A stretch of 50,439 nucleotides of DNA, taken from the NCBI GenBank assembly GCA_036569145.1, contig DATCRE010000589.1, positions 1 to 50,439 of the forward strand, read 5' to 3'. Positions 1-9,633 of this stretch are shown here, in pieces. This DNA comes from Cyclobacteriaceae bacterium. GTDB lineage: Bacteria > Bacteroidota > Bacteroidia > Cytophagales > Cyclobacteriaceae. The notes under the pieces are model-generated. The model worked only from the letters and a program-made list of their open reading frames with translations, did no database searches and had not been told where the DNA came from. Each line of letters begins with the position of its first letter. The stretch's first letter is position 1. The translations under genes were made by a program, and so were the position numbers.

Positions 1-774
1 TTATTAACGAACATTAGTGACTGGAAAAGTGAAGATGGAGGTTATTCAAACAGCGGGGCAACCAGCAAAGGATTTAATGAGGAGTCAGGTGTTGGTTATC
101 AAAATGTTTGGTTTAAGTTTTTAGCAACTACTAATAAGATTGATATAAAAGTTCTTACCGGAGAAGAGAAAGGTACGCTAAATAATCCGAGAATTACATT
201 ATTTGATAACGATGGCAATATCATTGCAAATAAAGCGGAGGGGGGGCATACCTTAGCTAATCTTACAACATCCTCGCTGATAGTGGGGTCAGATTATTAT
301 TTCTCCATTGATAATGATGGAGGAGCGAACGCAGGAACATTCTCTTTAGAGTTGGGAGGCGGTCTTACACCAAATGCATTATGCAGTAATCTCTATTGTA
401 CGGATAACGGTGGTATTGGAGTAGGAACGGCTGTAGTGCCTACAGGATATTCGCTGGCTGTTAATGGAAAGGTGATTATGGAGGGAGCGAAAATTGAAGT
501 TCAGACTAAATGGCCGGATTATGTATTTGAAAAGGACTACCCAATAACAGATATACCAGCATTAAAAAAATACATTGAAACGAATGGGCATTTGCCAAAT
601 ATGCCATCGGCAAAAACCGTAGAGAAGGATGGTATTGACGTTGAAGAAATTAATGTTTTACTTCTTCAAAAGATTGAAGAGATGTCTCTCTACCTGATTA
701 AAATGGAGGAGCGACTGAAAAAATTAGAACAAGAGAACAACAAGCTTAAAAAGGATAGGAAACCTGTCAATTGA
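1..774 (+). CDS. Surface/secreted protein, 5'-truncated by the window edge: beta-sandwich (pre-peptidase-C-terminal-like) head plus tail-fibre-like C-terminal module
   Basis: Frame 1 is open from nt 1 (my translation: LLTNISDWKSEDGGYSNSGATSKGF..VWFKFLATTNKIDIKVLTGE..RITLFDNDGNII..), so the GTG at 283 in the ORF track is internal. The C-terminal segment from about nt 379 (VPTGYSLAVNGKVIMEGAKIEV..WPDYVFEKDY..HLPNMPSAKTVEKDGIDVEEINVLLLQKIEEMSLYLIKMEERLKKLEQEN) recurs in the next gene. The family label is from memory of Bacteroidota 'tail fiber domain' annotations, not from a search. Confidence 0.7.
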   Translation, partial: LLTNISDWKSEDGGYSNSGATSKGFNEESGVGYQNVWFKFLATTNKIDIKVLTGEEKGTLNNPRITLFDNDGNIIANKAEGGHTLANLTTSSLIVGSDYYFSIDNDGGANAGTFSLELGGGLTPNALCSNLYCTDNGGIGVGTAVVPTGYSLAVNGKVIMEGAKIEVQTKWPDYVFEKDYPITDIPALKKYIETNGHLPNMPSAKTVEKDGIDVEEINVLLLQKIEEMSLYLIKMEERLKKLEQENNKLKKDRKPVN

Positions 775-818
775 AAACTGGTTTTAAAAAGATTGGGCTT
801 ATAAATATTATGACTACA

Positions 819-2198
819 ATGAAAAAGATATTCTTTATACTATTGGTATTTGGTCTTTGTCAAAAAGTGAAAGGACAATCCAATCCTTCCCTGATTAGCG
901 AGTACCATGCTCTAATAGATCTCTATACTGCTACCAATAAATCAGGTTGGCTTAATGAAACAGGCTGGAAAAGTGCAAATCCAAATGTAATTCAGAGTGT
1001 TGAAGGTTGGTATGGTATTGAGGTTGATGAGTATGGACATGTGATAAAACTTGATCTTAGCGCTAACAATTTGTCGGGAACAATTCCCACCTCTATTGCT
1101 GCTTTGAATTACATGACATCGCTAGTTTTAAATAATAATAAACTCTCAGATGTAATTCCTCTTTCCTTTTCAAATCTAACCAGATTAACGGTGTTGCACC
1201 TGGAGAACAATGCATTTACGGGCCCTGTCGATTTTGTTTCAAACCTTACAAAACTTAAGGATCTTTATTTGAATGACAATGCTTTCTACGGAAATATTCC
1301 CTCACTTGCTAATTTAAGAGTTCTTCAGTCAATTTACGCTCAGAATAACAAGTTCGAAAAGCTTCCTACTGATATTTTGACTCTTCCTTTACTTAAGACT
1401 GCTCAGTTTTCAAATAATGTACTGACTACAATTCCTGATTTTAGTAATCAAGTAAATAAAGCTAATTTGACATTGGATTTAGGAAAAAATGCTCTTAGTT
1501 TTTCGCAACTCATGCCATTGGCAAGCGCTGGAATTCAGTCCCTAAATTATCAGCCACAGAGTAAAATTGATGAGATTAAAAATGTGCGGGTTGAAAACGG
1601 ATCTCTAACGTTAACAACAACAATCGATAGATCAACTACTCCCGCAAGCGTTTATCAGTGGTTTAAATCAGTCAATGGAAATCCTTCAGCAATAAGTTCA
1701 GCTACTGAGACAAACTATTCATTTTCAGTCTTGCAAGTTACACCTGATGATGTTGGCGTACAATATTACTATACCATAACCAACCCAGCCCTTCCTGGAT
1801 TAAAATTGATTAGCCAGCTACAAACTTCTGTTGAGCATGTATTTTGTTTGAATATCAATTGTTTTGATAATGGTTCAGTTGGAATCAATACCCAACTTGT
1901 TCCAAGTGGGTATAGACTTGCGTTAAAAGGAAAAATGATAATGACTGGCGCTAAAATAGCGTTAAACCACACATGGCCAGATTATGTTTTTGATAAAAAT
2001 TATAAACTTTTGCCTCTCTCAAACCTTTATGAATATATTACTCTTAATAAACATTTACCTAACATTCCCTCAGCGAGTGCTATAAAGTCCAATGGTATTG
2101 ATGTGGAGGATATGAGTATCAGGCTACTTGAGAAAACAGAGGAATTATCTCTCTACTTCATTCAGTTGGATGAAAGACTTAAGAAGTTAGAAGAGTAA
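819..2198 (+). CDS. Secreted leucine-rich-repeat protein (plant-type LRRs plus Ig-like domain) with the same tail-fibre-like C-terminal module
   Basis: The ORF track starts at TTG 771. I prefer ATG 819 (ATG 810 is also possible), which gives the signal peptide MKKIFFILLVFGLCQKVKGQ. Cap-like ALIDLYTATNKSGWLNETGW..WYGIEVDEYGHVIKLDLSANNLSGTIP, then roughly 24-residue repeats (LxxLxLxNNxLSxxIP, NAFTGPV, NAFYGNIP). Ig-like segment SVYQWFKSVNGNPSAISSATETNYSFSVLQVTPDDVGVQYYYTITN. C-terminal 1839-2198 is paralogous to 379-774. Confidence 0.85.
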   Translation: MKKIFFILLVFGLCQKVKGQSNPSLISEYHALIDLYTATNKSGWLNETGWKSANPNVIQSVEGWYGIEVDEYGHVIKLDLSANNLSGTIPTSIAALNYMTSLVLNNNKLSDVIPLSFSNLTRLTVLHLENNAFTGPVDFVSNLTKLKDLYLNDNAFYGNIPSLANLRVLQSIYAQNNKFEKLPTDILTLPLLKTAQFSNNVLTTIPDFSNQVNKANLTLDLGKNALSFSQLMPLASAGIQSLNYQPQSKIDEIKNVRVENGSLTLTTTIDRSTTPASVYQWFKSVNGNPSAISSATETNYSFSVLQVTPDDVGVQYYYTITNPALPGLKLISQLQTSVEHVFCLNINCFDNGSVGINTQLVPSGYRLALKGKMIMTGAKIALNHTWPDYVFDKNYKLLPLSNLYEYITLNKHLPNIPSASAIKSNGIDVEDMSIRLLEKTEELSLYFIQLDERLKKLEE

Positions 2199-2343
2199 TA
2201 AGTTTAAGCTTCACACAGCGCGCATCCGTTAGCTGAAATGAAATAATTATCCATTAATTAAATGAAACATTTTCTTTGTTGGAGATGATGGGAATTTGTC
2301 TTTCTTTTAATGCAGAATCATTATTAGTTAATATACAGATTGA

Positions 2344-3429
2344 ATGTTGAGACATTTAAGAAAGAGAGTTGAAAGTCTTAAATCTGTGCAAGTTCTTTTA
2401 TCTAAGGATAGAAATTCTTCCATTGATGTATTTAGGGCAGTAGCAATTTTAAGTGTTGTGATCTTTCATTTTAATTACTTACCCTTCGGAAATCTGGGTG
2501 TAGACTTGTTTTTTGTCATTTCAGGATTGTTAATCGGAGGCATCTTGGTGAAAAATATTCAACAAGAACGTCCTGTTAATTTTTTTAAATTCTTTATTAT
2601 GAGAGGGTTTAAAATCTGGCCTTCCTATTATGTTTTTATTTTTTTAGGTAGCCTTCTATCCTTACTTTTTTATAGTTCGATCGCACCTGACCAGACTATT
2701 CCTCTTTGGGATATTAAACGATATTTATTCTTCTATCAAAATTACACGGGGCTACCTTTTCATTGGAGCTTTGATCATGTCTGGTCATTATGCGTTGAAG
2801 AACATTTTTATATCTTATTACCCATTATGTTTGTTATAATACAACGCTTCTTTCTTGATAAGAAGAAGTTTCTTTTCATTTCTGTCTACTGCATTATAGG
2901 TGCAGGGATACTTTTTAAATTTCTTGCGTTAGAATATACACGTAGCAAGGATACATATTCTGCTACACATAATAGAATTGATGCATTAGCCTGGGGCGTG
3001 TTATTAAGTTTAATTATTGCTTACTACCCTGATCAATTAAGAACGACAAAAAAAGTTTTAATTCTTTTTTTTAGTGGACTTGTTCTATTTATTGCTTCCA
3101 TTGTATTTGCAACTCAGACAAGTTCTGTTCTTTATCACAAAGTTTTTCTACATTCAATTATACCTTTTAGCTTTTTTTTAATGATTGGAGGAGCTTATAA
3201 TACTGACTTGTCCAAGTTCAAATACTTAAGAATTGTAGCTTATTATAGCTACAATTGGTATTTATGGCATCCAATATTTGTTATTGGTATTACTTTTCTA
3301 ATTGGAAATAATTTTTTAAGCCTGATGATCTATTTGGTAATTACCTTTTTGGTTGCTGTTCTCTTTACAATCTTAATAGAAGAACACTTTTTGAGCTTGC
3401 GCAAAAAGTATTTGAGTAATGAGACTTGA
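2344..3429 (+). CDS. Acyltransferase family 3 integral membrane protein (O-acyltransferase)
   Basis: 361-aa ORF. Typical N-terminal signature SIDVFRAVAILSVVIFHF..GNLGVDLFFVISGLLI and about 10 hydrophobic helices, with internal WSLCVEEHFYILLP. Confidence 0.85.
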   Translation: MLRHLRKRVESLKSVQVLLSKDRNSSIDVFRAVAILSVVIFHFNYLPFGNLGVDLFFVISGLLIGGILVKNIQQERPVNFFKFFIMRGFKIWPSYYVFIFLGSLLSLLFYSSIAPDQTIPLWDIKRYLFFYQNYTGLPFHWSFDHVWSLCVEEHFYILLPIMFVIIQRFFLDKKKFLFISVYCIIGAGILFKFLALEYTRSKDTYSATHNRIDALAWGVLLSLIIAYYPDQLRTTKKVLILFFSGLVLFIASIVFATQTSSVLYHKVFLHSIIPFSFFLMIGGAYNTDLSKFKYLRIVAYYSYNWYLWHPIFVIGITFLIGNNFLSLMIYLVITFLVAVLFTILIEEHFLSLRKKYLSNET

Positions 3430-3474
3430 TATTAAATTGAGAAGGAGGAGAAATATAGGTAAGAGAAATTCTGG

Positions 3475-6207
3475 CTACATAATTTCATTTTCATGATGCG
3501 TCGTTAACTCATCATCCCCCAACGGCATCTCTATCCTAAATACAGAACCTCGGCCAAGTACTGACTCCACATCAATAGTTCCATTCAAAACATCAAGCTG
3601 GGCTTTGATCAGGTAAAGGCCGAGGCCGCGACCCTCAACGTGAGTATGAAAGCGTCTGTACAGTTTAAATAACTTTTCCTTGTGAAGCTGGGTATCGAAG
3701 CCAAGTCCGTTGTCGGCAATTTCAAGAAAAGCTTTTCCTTCAATAATGCGGCTGCTGGCAGTCACTCTTAGCGCACGGTCTGGTGAACGAAACTTGATGG
3801 CATTGCTCAGTAAATTATAAAAGATACTCTGTATCATAGCACGCACCGTTACAATTTGTGGAAGTAACTCAAAGTTGGCAATAATTTCTTCTTCACCTGT
3901 GAGACTGTCTTGCAGAAGGCTGATGCTCTGCTTCCATTCTTTATCAAATTCTACTACTTCACGGTATTGGTTGGGTTCATTTCGCAGATCGAGAAGCTTA
4001 CTTAAATCTTTAATAATCAAATCGAGATCGGAAGCTGTTTTACTTATCAGGTTAATCCACTCACGTGCTTTGGTAAGTTCTTGTTCTGTCTGTGCGAGGC
4101 CGGATAAACCCAATAGTCGCGCTACAGGGCCACGAAGGTTGTGTGAGACTGTATAGGAAAACTGGAGCAGTTCGTTGTTATAGCGTACGAGTTCTTCGTT
4201 GGTTGTGCGAAGTTCTACTGTTTTTTCAAGCACAATTCTTTCGAGACCCCGATTGAGATCACTCATGTTCTTGTTGCTTTCAGCGAGTTTGTTCGACTGT
4301 GCTTGGATCTCTTCATTCTGTTCAGATACTTCGCGATATAACTGGTTTAGCTCGATGTTTACTTCGTGAAGCTTGTCAGCCTGGGCTTGAATGCGTGTAT
4401 TCTTATCGGTGATGGTTATGTTGAGTATTTTAATGCGCGCATAGAAACGATAATAAACAAAGGCAAGCACAGCGAGTAAAGTAAGTCCGATTAATCCGCC
4501 AATAAGTAAAATAAATTGCTGTCTTAATTTTGATTCCTGTAGTTTGAGTTTGTTTTCGGAAAGCTGTTTGTCTTGTTGCAATACTTTAATATCTCTGTCG
4601 CGTTGTTCAATTTCCTGCATCTTCTCCAGGTTCACAAACCTGCGGGCCAGATCAGTGCGGTGGATCGAATCATTTAACTTACTGGCCATGATTGAATAAA
4701 TGAGTGATTCTTTAAAACGATTTTGTGTCGCCAGTAAATCTCTGCGCGTGTTAAAATTCATAATCAGAATTTCATTGGCATTTATCTGATGTGCGAATTG
4801 CTCTGATTGATCGAGATAGTGAGCGGCATTTTTTAAATCTCCATTTCTAAAATAAATATCTCCCAATCCCCAGGTTGACCACGCTAGTCCATAATAATAG
4901 TTAGATGCTTTTGCGAGCTCAGTACTTTCCTTATACATCGTCAGGGCCTCACTGTATTGTTTTTGTTTTGTTTTCAATGCTCCAAGATTCATTAGAGATT
5001 CACTGATACCACGATTGTCGTGCAAACTTCTGCTAATAGATAACGCTGAGTCCAGGCACATTTTTGCTTTGATAAAAGAACCTATCTCACTTAACGATAC
5101 ACCTTTTAATGTGAGTGCGTTGGCAAGGTCTGCTTTGAGTTGTCGTTTGGGTTTTGAATTGATGGCTTCATCGGCCAGCCGAAGGGCTTGCGTATAATCT
5201 CCCAAATGAAAATTTATCCAGCCGATTCGATTGCGGATAGCGTACGTTTCCGAATCGAAGCCACGAAGTTTGCTAAGCTTCAAAGCAGGGTAGAGATTGT
5301 TGAGCGCCAGTTCGTATTCTCCGCGATCGGAAAATACTTTGCTGATATCCATCAGCAGCGTAACATATTTTCGAAGCAGCGACACTCTGAAATAGTAATT
5401 GCGTGCTGAATCTACCAGGACAGAAGCTTCTTCAAACCGGCCACGATGAAACATGATCAATGCTTTCAAATGGCGAAGATCATTTCTTGTCTCTTCGAAT
5501 TCAGGATTGACCTTTGCAATTCCTTCTATTTCTTTTATGATGGTCTCTGCTTTGCTGATATCACCAGATCTTAACGCATTGTTAGCCTTTAGTGCAAGTC
5601 CTTCCGTGAGAAGCATCTTATCAGGAAGCAGTCTTCTGATAGCAATAGAACGATCAAGATAGAATTGTTGTGTGTCGTATTGATAACGCTGACCATATAC
5701 GGCACTCATGTTACGATAGATTTTAGAAAGAACAGCAGGATTAGCACTGTCTTTAAAAATTTTATAAGCACTGTGAAAGTAAAATAAGGCTGAGTCGTTT
5801 TCAACTTCCTCAAGACTACAGTTACCAAGTTGCAGAAAGATATAACCCTGGTTTGCAGTGTCGCCAACTAGCGTTGATAATCTCAGACCTTTATGCAAAT
5901 CTCTGTGTGCATCCGGAAACTGACCGGTAATGTATTCATATACGCCTTTGTAGGTATATGCAACAGCTTCGCCCTTAGCATAACCAATTTGATTGCTCAA
6001 TGTCAAGGCCTGATTGTTGTAGTTCAGGGCTTTGTTGTTGTCATTCGTTATGAGTTCATAGGTGAGTTGGTTGAGAATATCAACCTTGCTTTCTTTCGTT
6101 GCTGATTTTAATTTTTGCTCCAGGCTGTCCCTGACTTTAGACTGGCCTTTCACAATTGTGCTGAGAAGAAGTAAGCACAATACAAGGAGGCCTTTGCTGG
6201 AAACCAT
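3475..6207 (-). CDS. TPR-repeat sensor histidine kinase
   Basis: 910 aa. Signal/anchor MVSSKGLLVLCLLLLSTIVKGQ, about 500 aa of TPR-like repeats, TM FILLIGGLIGLTLLAVLAFVYY, long coiled coil, H-box FSYTVSHNLRGPVARLLG, N-box LLSNAIKF, G1 DNGLGF, G2 GRGLGLYL. Confidence 0.9.
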   Translation of the reverse strand: MVSSKGLLVLCLLLLSTIVKGQSKVRDSLEQKLKSATKESKVDILNQLTYELITNDNNKALNYNNQALTLSNQIGYAKGEAVAYTYKGVYEYITGQFPDAHRDLHKGLRLSTLVGDTANQGYIFLQLGNCSLEEVENDSALFYFHSAYKIFKDSANPAVLSKIYRNMSAVYGQRYQYDTQQFYLDRSIAIRRLLPDKMLLTEGLALKANNALRSGDISKAETIIKEIEGIAKVNPEFEETRNDLRHLKALIMFHRGRFEEASVLVDSARNYYFRVSLLRKYVTLLMDISKVFSDRGEYELALNNLYPALKLSKLRGFDSETYAIRNRIGWINFHLGDYTQALRLADEAINSKPKRQLKADLANALTLKGVSLSEIGSFIKAKMCLDSALSISRSLHDNRGISESLMNLGALKTKQKQYSEALTMYKESTELAKASNYYYGLAWSTWGLGDIYFRNGDLKNAAHYLDQSEQFAHQINANEILIMNFNTRRDLLATQNRFKESLIYSIMASKLNDSIHRTDLARRFVNLEKMQEIEQRDRDIKVLQQDKQLSENKLKLQESKLRQQFILLIGGLIGLTLLAVLAFVYYRFYARIKILNITITDKNTRIQAQADKLHEVNIELNQLYREVSEQNEEIQAQSNKLAESNKNMSDLNRGLERIVLEKTVELRTTNEELVRYNNELLQFSYTVSHNLRGPVARLLGLSGLAQTEQELTKAREWINLISKTASDLDLIIKDLSKLLDLRNEPNQYREVVEFDKEWKQSISLLQDSLTGEEEIIANFELLPQIVTVRAMIQSIFYNLLSNAIKFRSPDRALRVTASSRIIEGKAFLEIADNGLGFDTQLHKEKLFKLYRRFHTHVEGRGLGLYLIKAQLDVLNGTIDVESVLGRGSVFRIEMPLGDDELTTHHENEIM

Positions 6208-6474
6208 TTTTTGATGTTAGCGTAATGCAAATTTAACGTGAATAGGGCTGAAATGAAAGTGCGCGTTATGGCAAGTAAGTTTTATGCATTGTTTGCTTGA
6301 AATGGAAAAAAGCTATCATTTTTTATAGATAGACGGTAATATTCTTCTTTGTATTTAAATTGAAAAATTGCCGTGTAACTATAACATGCTGAAAATATTT
6401 AAACTTGTGAGCTATCTTGTGAATGCAACAGTTTTTAAGCTCAAGAATTTATAACCTAATAACACAATTATAAA

Positions 6475-7518
6475 ATGGAGTATAGACAATTAGGAAACTC
6501 AGGTTTACGTGTACCTGTATTGAGTTTCGGCACGGCTACTTTTGGTGGCGGTAATGATTTTTTTAAAGCATGGGGCAGTACGCAAGTTGAAGAGGCTAAA
6601 CTAATGGTTAATCTTTGTCTCGATGCTGGTGTTAATCTATTTGATACTGCTAATGTTTATTCCAAGGGAATTTCAGAGGAAATTTTAGGTAAGGCTATAG
6701 TGGGCTCGCGAGATAAGGTGTTGATTTCAACCAAGGCTACTTTTCCTATGACAGATGGCGTGAATGATTTTGGTTCGTCACGTGTTCATCTTATTAAGGC
6801 TTGCGAAGATAGTTTGAAGCGCCTGGGCACAGACTACATCGATATTTATCACATGCATGGTTTTGATGCTAATACACCCATTGATGAAACACTTAATGCG
6901 TTAAACAATCTGATACAGAGTGGTAAAGTTCGTTATATAGCCTGTTCTAATTTTTCGGGGTGGCACCTTATGAAGTCGTTGTCTATTTCAGAACGTTACG
7001 GCTGGTCCAAATATGTTGCGCACCAGGCATATTATTCATTACTGAATCGTGATTTTGAGTGGGAGCTGATGCCATTGGGAATTGATCAGAGGATTGGGAC
7101 TATTGTATGGAGTCCGTTGGCAAGTGGTAAGCTTACTGGCAAGTATCGCAGAAATAAACCTATGCCAGCTGATGCCCGTGTCGCGCAAGGAGGAAATCCC
7201 GTACTTAATACGGCTCAGGATGATGAGCGACTTCATTCTATTGTTGATGTACTGGATGAAATAGCCATAGAGACAGGAAAATCTATAGCACAAATTTCGC
7301 TTAATTGGTTATTACAGCGTCCTACTGTTTCGAATATTATTATCGGTGCCCGAAACAAGGAACAATTAAAACAAAATCTTGATGCAGTTGGATGGAACCT
7401 GACATTGGAGCAAATAAAAAGACTTGATGCAGTGAGTGAAATACTTCCAACGTACCCGTACTGGCATCAACGTCAGTTTCCAATGCTTAATACTGATCCT
7501 AAATTATATGGTAATTAA
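6475..7518 (+). CDS. Aldo/keto reductase family oxidoreductase
   Basis: 347 aa. MEYRQLGNSGLRVPVLSFGTATFGG, LFDTANVYSKGISEEILGKAI (Asp/Tyr context), ISTK (Lys), IDIYHMHGFD (His), SPLASGKLTGKY. Confidence 0.9.
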   Translation: MEYRQLGNSGLRVPVLSFGTATFGGGNDFFKAWGSTQVEEAKLMVNLCLDAGVNLFDTANVYSKGISEEILGKAIVGSRDKVLISTKATFPMTDGVNDFGSSRVHLIKACEDSLKRLGTDYIDIYHMHGFDANTPIDETLNALNNLIQSGKVRYIACSNFSGWHLMKSLSISERYGWSKYVAHQAYYSLLNRDFEWELMPLGIDQRIGTIVWSPLASGKLTGKYRRNKPMPADARVAQGGNPVLNTAQDDERLHSIVDVLDEIAIETGKSIAQISLNWLLQRPTVSNIIIGARNKEQLKQNLDAVGWNLTLEQIKRLDAVSEILPTYPYWHQRQFPMLNTDPKLYGN

Positions 7519-7540
7519 TAAGATAATTTGATTTCTATAA

Positions 7541-7576
7541 AAACAAAGAAGGAGCGATGTGGCTCCTTCTTTGTTT
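7541..7576. terminator. Bidirectional rho-independent terminator between convergent genes
   Basis: Perfect 15-bp stem aaacaaagaaggagc (7541-7555) / gctccttctttgttt (7562-7576) with a 6-nt loop. Flanked by A-run and T-run on both sides. Confidence 0.85.
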
Positions 7577-7603
7577 TAAAATAAGTTAGTGTCAATGCAT
7601 TGA

Positions 7604-7858
7604 TCAACAAAAATTAGGTTGGTCTTGTAAAAAGTCTTCGAAGATTTCTCTGATAATTCTGTCGACAACATTAATATTAGGCAATTCTCTACCAATATAT
7701 TGATCAGGATTATTGATGATACTGGCTTCTACATGAATGACGTGTATGGCCCAATCTTCAGAATTCATCTGATTCCGTTTATGCTCCAGCATCTCCATAA
7801 CAGGCTTCAGTGTTAAACTGAATTGTCTTTTATATTCGAGTGCTTCGTCTTGTGTCAT
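7604..7858 (-). CDS. Small hypothetical protein (about 84 aa)
   Basis: The ORF track gives a GTG start at 7891. The first ATG (7858) gives MTQDEALEYKRQFSLTLKPVMEMLEH... No recognisable motif. Sits directly downstream of the shared terminator. Confidence 0.45.
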   Translation of the reverse strand: MTQDEALEYKRQFSLTLKPVMEMLEHKRNQMNSEDWAIHVIHVEASIINNPDQYIGRELPNINVVDRIIREIFEDFLQDQPNFC

Positions 7859-8004
7859 ATTTATCAGGCATTCCAATTTGAGCAGATACACTACTACATC
7901 TATTGGATTTATGCATCAAAACTAGTTGATATTACAATACCGTTAGCCTTGTTAACAAAAACTTAATATTAGGAATGTGGATTAGAAGAAGGGACTCAGA
8001 AGAA

Positions 8005-9633
8005 TTATTTTTTCAAGCCCGGTAAAGCAAAATAGAATGTTGCTCCTTTGCCAGGTTCAGCTTCGGCCCAGACTTTTCCGTGGTGCTTATTGACTATCCG
8101 TTGTACTATGGCTAGCCCTACACCTGTACCTTCAAATTCAGTTGAGCCATGCAGACGTTGAAAAACTCCAAATAATTTTTGAGCATACTTCATATCAAAG
8201 CCAACACCATTGTCGGCAATGGAATATATAATGTCATTGCCTTTAATTTCTGAGTTGATGATAACATTTGGTTTATCATTTTTTGCTGAATACTTTATGG
8301 CGTTTGATAACAGGTTAACCATCACTTGTCGGAGAAGAGCATTATCGGCATATAAATTATATGTTTGCAATATTTTAAGTTGAGCACTATGTGGCACAGC
8401 GTGACTAAGTTCACCCCACACGTTTTCTACTAATTGTTTTGTATCAATTTCACTTTTTTGAATTTCAGTTCTTTCAATCTTTGAGAATGCGAGAAGATCG
8501 TCAATAAGATTGTTCATTTTTTTTCCGCTTGTCATCACAATCTTTAACATGTTGCGCCCATTCTCATCAAGTACTTGTCCGTAATCTTCATCAATAATAG
8601 TTGCAAAACTAATGACAGCGCGGAGAGGCGATTTTAAATCATGCGATACCGAATAGGTGAAAGCTTCGAGATCATTATTGGCTGTAACCAATTTTGAATT
8701 GGTTTGCATCAATTCTTCATTAAGCTCATGTATCCTATGCTCTGTATTTCGTCTTAGTTTGTCTCGCTCATTTAATATGTTTGAATTGTACCAGATTAGA
8801 CCTATGAATGTAACGATAATCATGACGATAAGTAATGCACTTCCAAATTCAATAGAATAGAAACCACTCCTCTGTCCAAGTAGTCTGAGATAACCTAGTA
8901 GTACAGGTGTAACTATAGCGGCGGGAATTAATAATCGTGCAGTATTGCTTCCTTCATAATCACTGGTAAGTATCAAAATAAGTCCCTGGTCAGGCTTATG
9001 GAAGAGGATGATAAGTGATATCAACAGAAAGCCCAACGCTGTATGAAGTGCCATAGGAATATAAGATAGCACACCATAGAAGGCCTTTACCTCATAAATA
9101 TAGCCAATGACTGAAAGCAGGGATACAAATGTAAGCATCAATGCAATGTATTGTGAGGGCAATAGTTTTTTGGTGCTTTCAAATTTGATCGACAGTAACG
9201 CCAGTCCTATTAGAACAAAATTAAGTGCTGTGTTCGGCGCCATTCTATTGGGGATATTACCAGGCTGATGGACCGATAATTTGTCGGCAAATAAAATCTG
9301 GTCGATGTTACTTTGAAAAGTGAATAGTGTATCACCCAGTTTTAGTAATCCAATTGTTAAAGAGATGATAATTCCAAGTAGAAAAAAAATATTAGAATGA
9401 CCTGATTTGTTCAACACGAAAAGTGACAAGCTGATTATGATAAAAACAGTAGCTGTCATAGGATTCATGGCAACCATGTTAGGCAGGGGAGACTTTAAAA
9501 AGTCAATATTAAATAGCCAGCCTACTAGTACCAGAATTCCAAGTATTAAAACGCAACCTGTAAATATCTTTGATGAGTAAGCAAGTTTTTGAGTGACCTT
9601 ATCATTTAGAATGTTAGCACTATTTCCCATCAT
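8005..9633 (-). CDS. Polytopic membrane sensor histidine kinase
   Basis: 542 aa. About 8 hydrophobic helices in the first ~290 aa, short coiled coil, H-box FTYSVSHDLKSPLRAV, N-box NLLSNAIKYS, G1 DNGVGFD, G2 GTGVGLAIV. Confidence 0.9.
   Translation of the reverse strand: MMGNSANILNDKVTQKLAYSSKIFTGCVLILGILVLVGWLFNIDFLKSPLPNMVAMNPMTATVFIIISLSLFVLNKSGHSNIFFLLGIIISLTIGLLKLGDTLFTFQSNIDQILFADKLSVHQPGNIPNRMAPNTALNFVLIGLALLSIKFESTKKLLPSQYIALMLTFVSLLSVIGYIYEVKAFYGVLSYIPMALHTALGFLLISLIILFHKPDQGLILILTSDYEGSNTARLLIPAAIVTPVLLGYLRLLGQRSGFYSIEFGSALLIVMIIVTFIGLIWYNSNILNERDKLRRNTEHRIHELNEELMQTNSKLVTANNDLEAFTYSVSHDLKSPLRAVISFATIIDEDYGQVLDENGRNMLKIVMTSGKKMNNLIDDLLAFSKIERTEIQKSEIDTKQLVENVWGELSHAVPHSAQLKILQTYNLYADNALLRQVMVNLLSNAIKYSAKNDKPNVIINSEIKGNDIIYSIADNGVGFDMKYAQKLFGVFQRLHGSTEFEGTGVGLAIVQRIVNKHHGKVWAEAEPGKGATFYFALPGLKK

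Noticed and set aside
771-818. TTG start at 771 overlapping the stop of the previous gene (suggesting translational coupling)
   Set aside because: The ATG at 819 yields a textbook signal peptide (MKKIFFILLVFGL..). The extra 16 residues from TTG are not signal-like, so the overlap is probably an artefact of longest-ORF calling.
3875-6105. Plus-strand ORFs 3875-4156, 5015-5197, 5188-5409, 5453-5662 and 5893-6105
   Set aside because: They are antisense shadows inside the 910-aa TPR histidine kinase gene, and they have no motifs.
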